Below, piece by piece: positions 63,567-64,000 of a stretch of DNA of 64,000 nt. Source of the DNA: Microcoleus sp. (GTDB taxonomy: Bacteria; Cyanobacteriota; Cyanobacteriia; Cyanobacteriales; Microcoleaceae); assembly GCA_052279835.1 (NCBI GenBank), contig CP181291.1:4064001-4128000 (forward strand), given 5' to 3'. Under the pieces are notes generated by a model that saw only the letters and a program-made list of their open reading frames with translations, did not search any database and was not told where the DNA came from. Both the position numbers and the translations under genes were made by a program. How positions within the stretch are numbered: the first letter of the stretch is position 1; each line of letters opens with the position of its first letter.

Positions 63567-63670
63567 TCATTAGTCATTAGTCATTAGTCATTAGTGATTA
63601 GTGATTAGTGATTAATCATCCTTCCCAATTCCCAATTTCCAATTCCCAATTCCCAATTCCCAATTCCCAT
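63566..63670. repeat. Heptamer STRR arrays (GTCATTA, CCCAATT)
   Basis: Directly visible tandem heptamers. Confidence 0.9.
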
Positions 63671-63685
63671 TTTAATTTTAATTTT

Positions 63686-64000
63686 ATGGTTTTTAATTGG
63701 TTTCGTCGCCAGTACAGCGAAAGTGGATCTTCTGAACAAGAAAATATTCCCGAACAGCCCCAAGAAGAGTCACCAAAAGAATCCGCGCCCGTTGAGCCTC
63801 AAACAGATGCAGCAGATCCAAGTTCCCCCGCCATAGCAGAGGATTATCTCAATTGGGCGAAAGCTGCTTATAAAAATATTCAAAAACAGCAAAAACCGGA
63901 AACAGAAGTTACCCAGACACCAGTAACTGAGGTTCCAGCAGCCGAAACAGATATTGCTGAATCCGCAACTGTCGCAGCAACTAATGCGATCGAACTTGAG
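63686..64000 (+). CDS. ftsY: SRP receptor FtsY, N-terminal acidic part, truncated by window end
   Basis: MVFNWFRRQ..EDYLNWAKAAYKNIQ; follows nusB; GTPase domain not in the window. Confidence 0.78.
   Translation, partial: MVFNWFRRQYSESGSSEQENIPEQPQEESPKESAPVEPQTDAADPSSPAIAEDYLNWAKAAYKNIQKQQKPETEVTQTPVTEVPAAETDIAESATVAATNAIELE

Overview
64 kb of chromosome from a filamentous cyanobacterium. The HIP1 octamer GCGATCGC is frequent, and the heptamer STRRs, REP/MITE-like elements and gene content resemble Microcoleus/Oscillatoriales (taxon inferred, not verified). Housekeeping loci: radical SAM TIGR03960/03936 fusion, rne-rnhB, trpD, carA-STAS-mrnC-rlmB, pgeF, hppD, pstSCAB with a Pho box, ubiD, DUF502-nusB-ftsY. 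A 15 kb signalling cluster holds receivers, an adenylate cyclase, a Ser/Thr kinase-AAA-GAF-His kinase and PAS kinases. Four genes (radical SAM, rne, pstB, ubiD) each carry one extra base in a short homopolymer, most likely assembly errors. Main points of interest: (1) a tnpB-only IS200/IS605 element whose empty site and TAM (TTAT) can be reconstructed, next to an orphan second left end; (2) a tnpB-less omega-RNA-like right end directly upstream of an NYN-LOTUS gene; (3) two NYN-LOTUS paralogs bracketing the pst operon, one with an IS1 InsA-like Zn ribbon; (4) an accessory island at 55.8-61.7 kb with Uma2, an AbrB-Doc TA pair, an HTH/TRADD-N-like/pentapeptide gene facing a 2-TM gene, and three tandem Cro-like HTH genes with diverged recognition helices beside a palindromic operator. 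No rRNA, tRNA or CRISPR array was seen. Family assignments come from motif recognition, not database searches.
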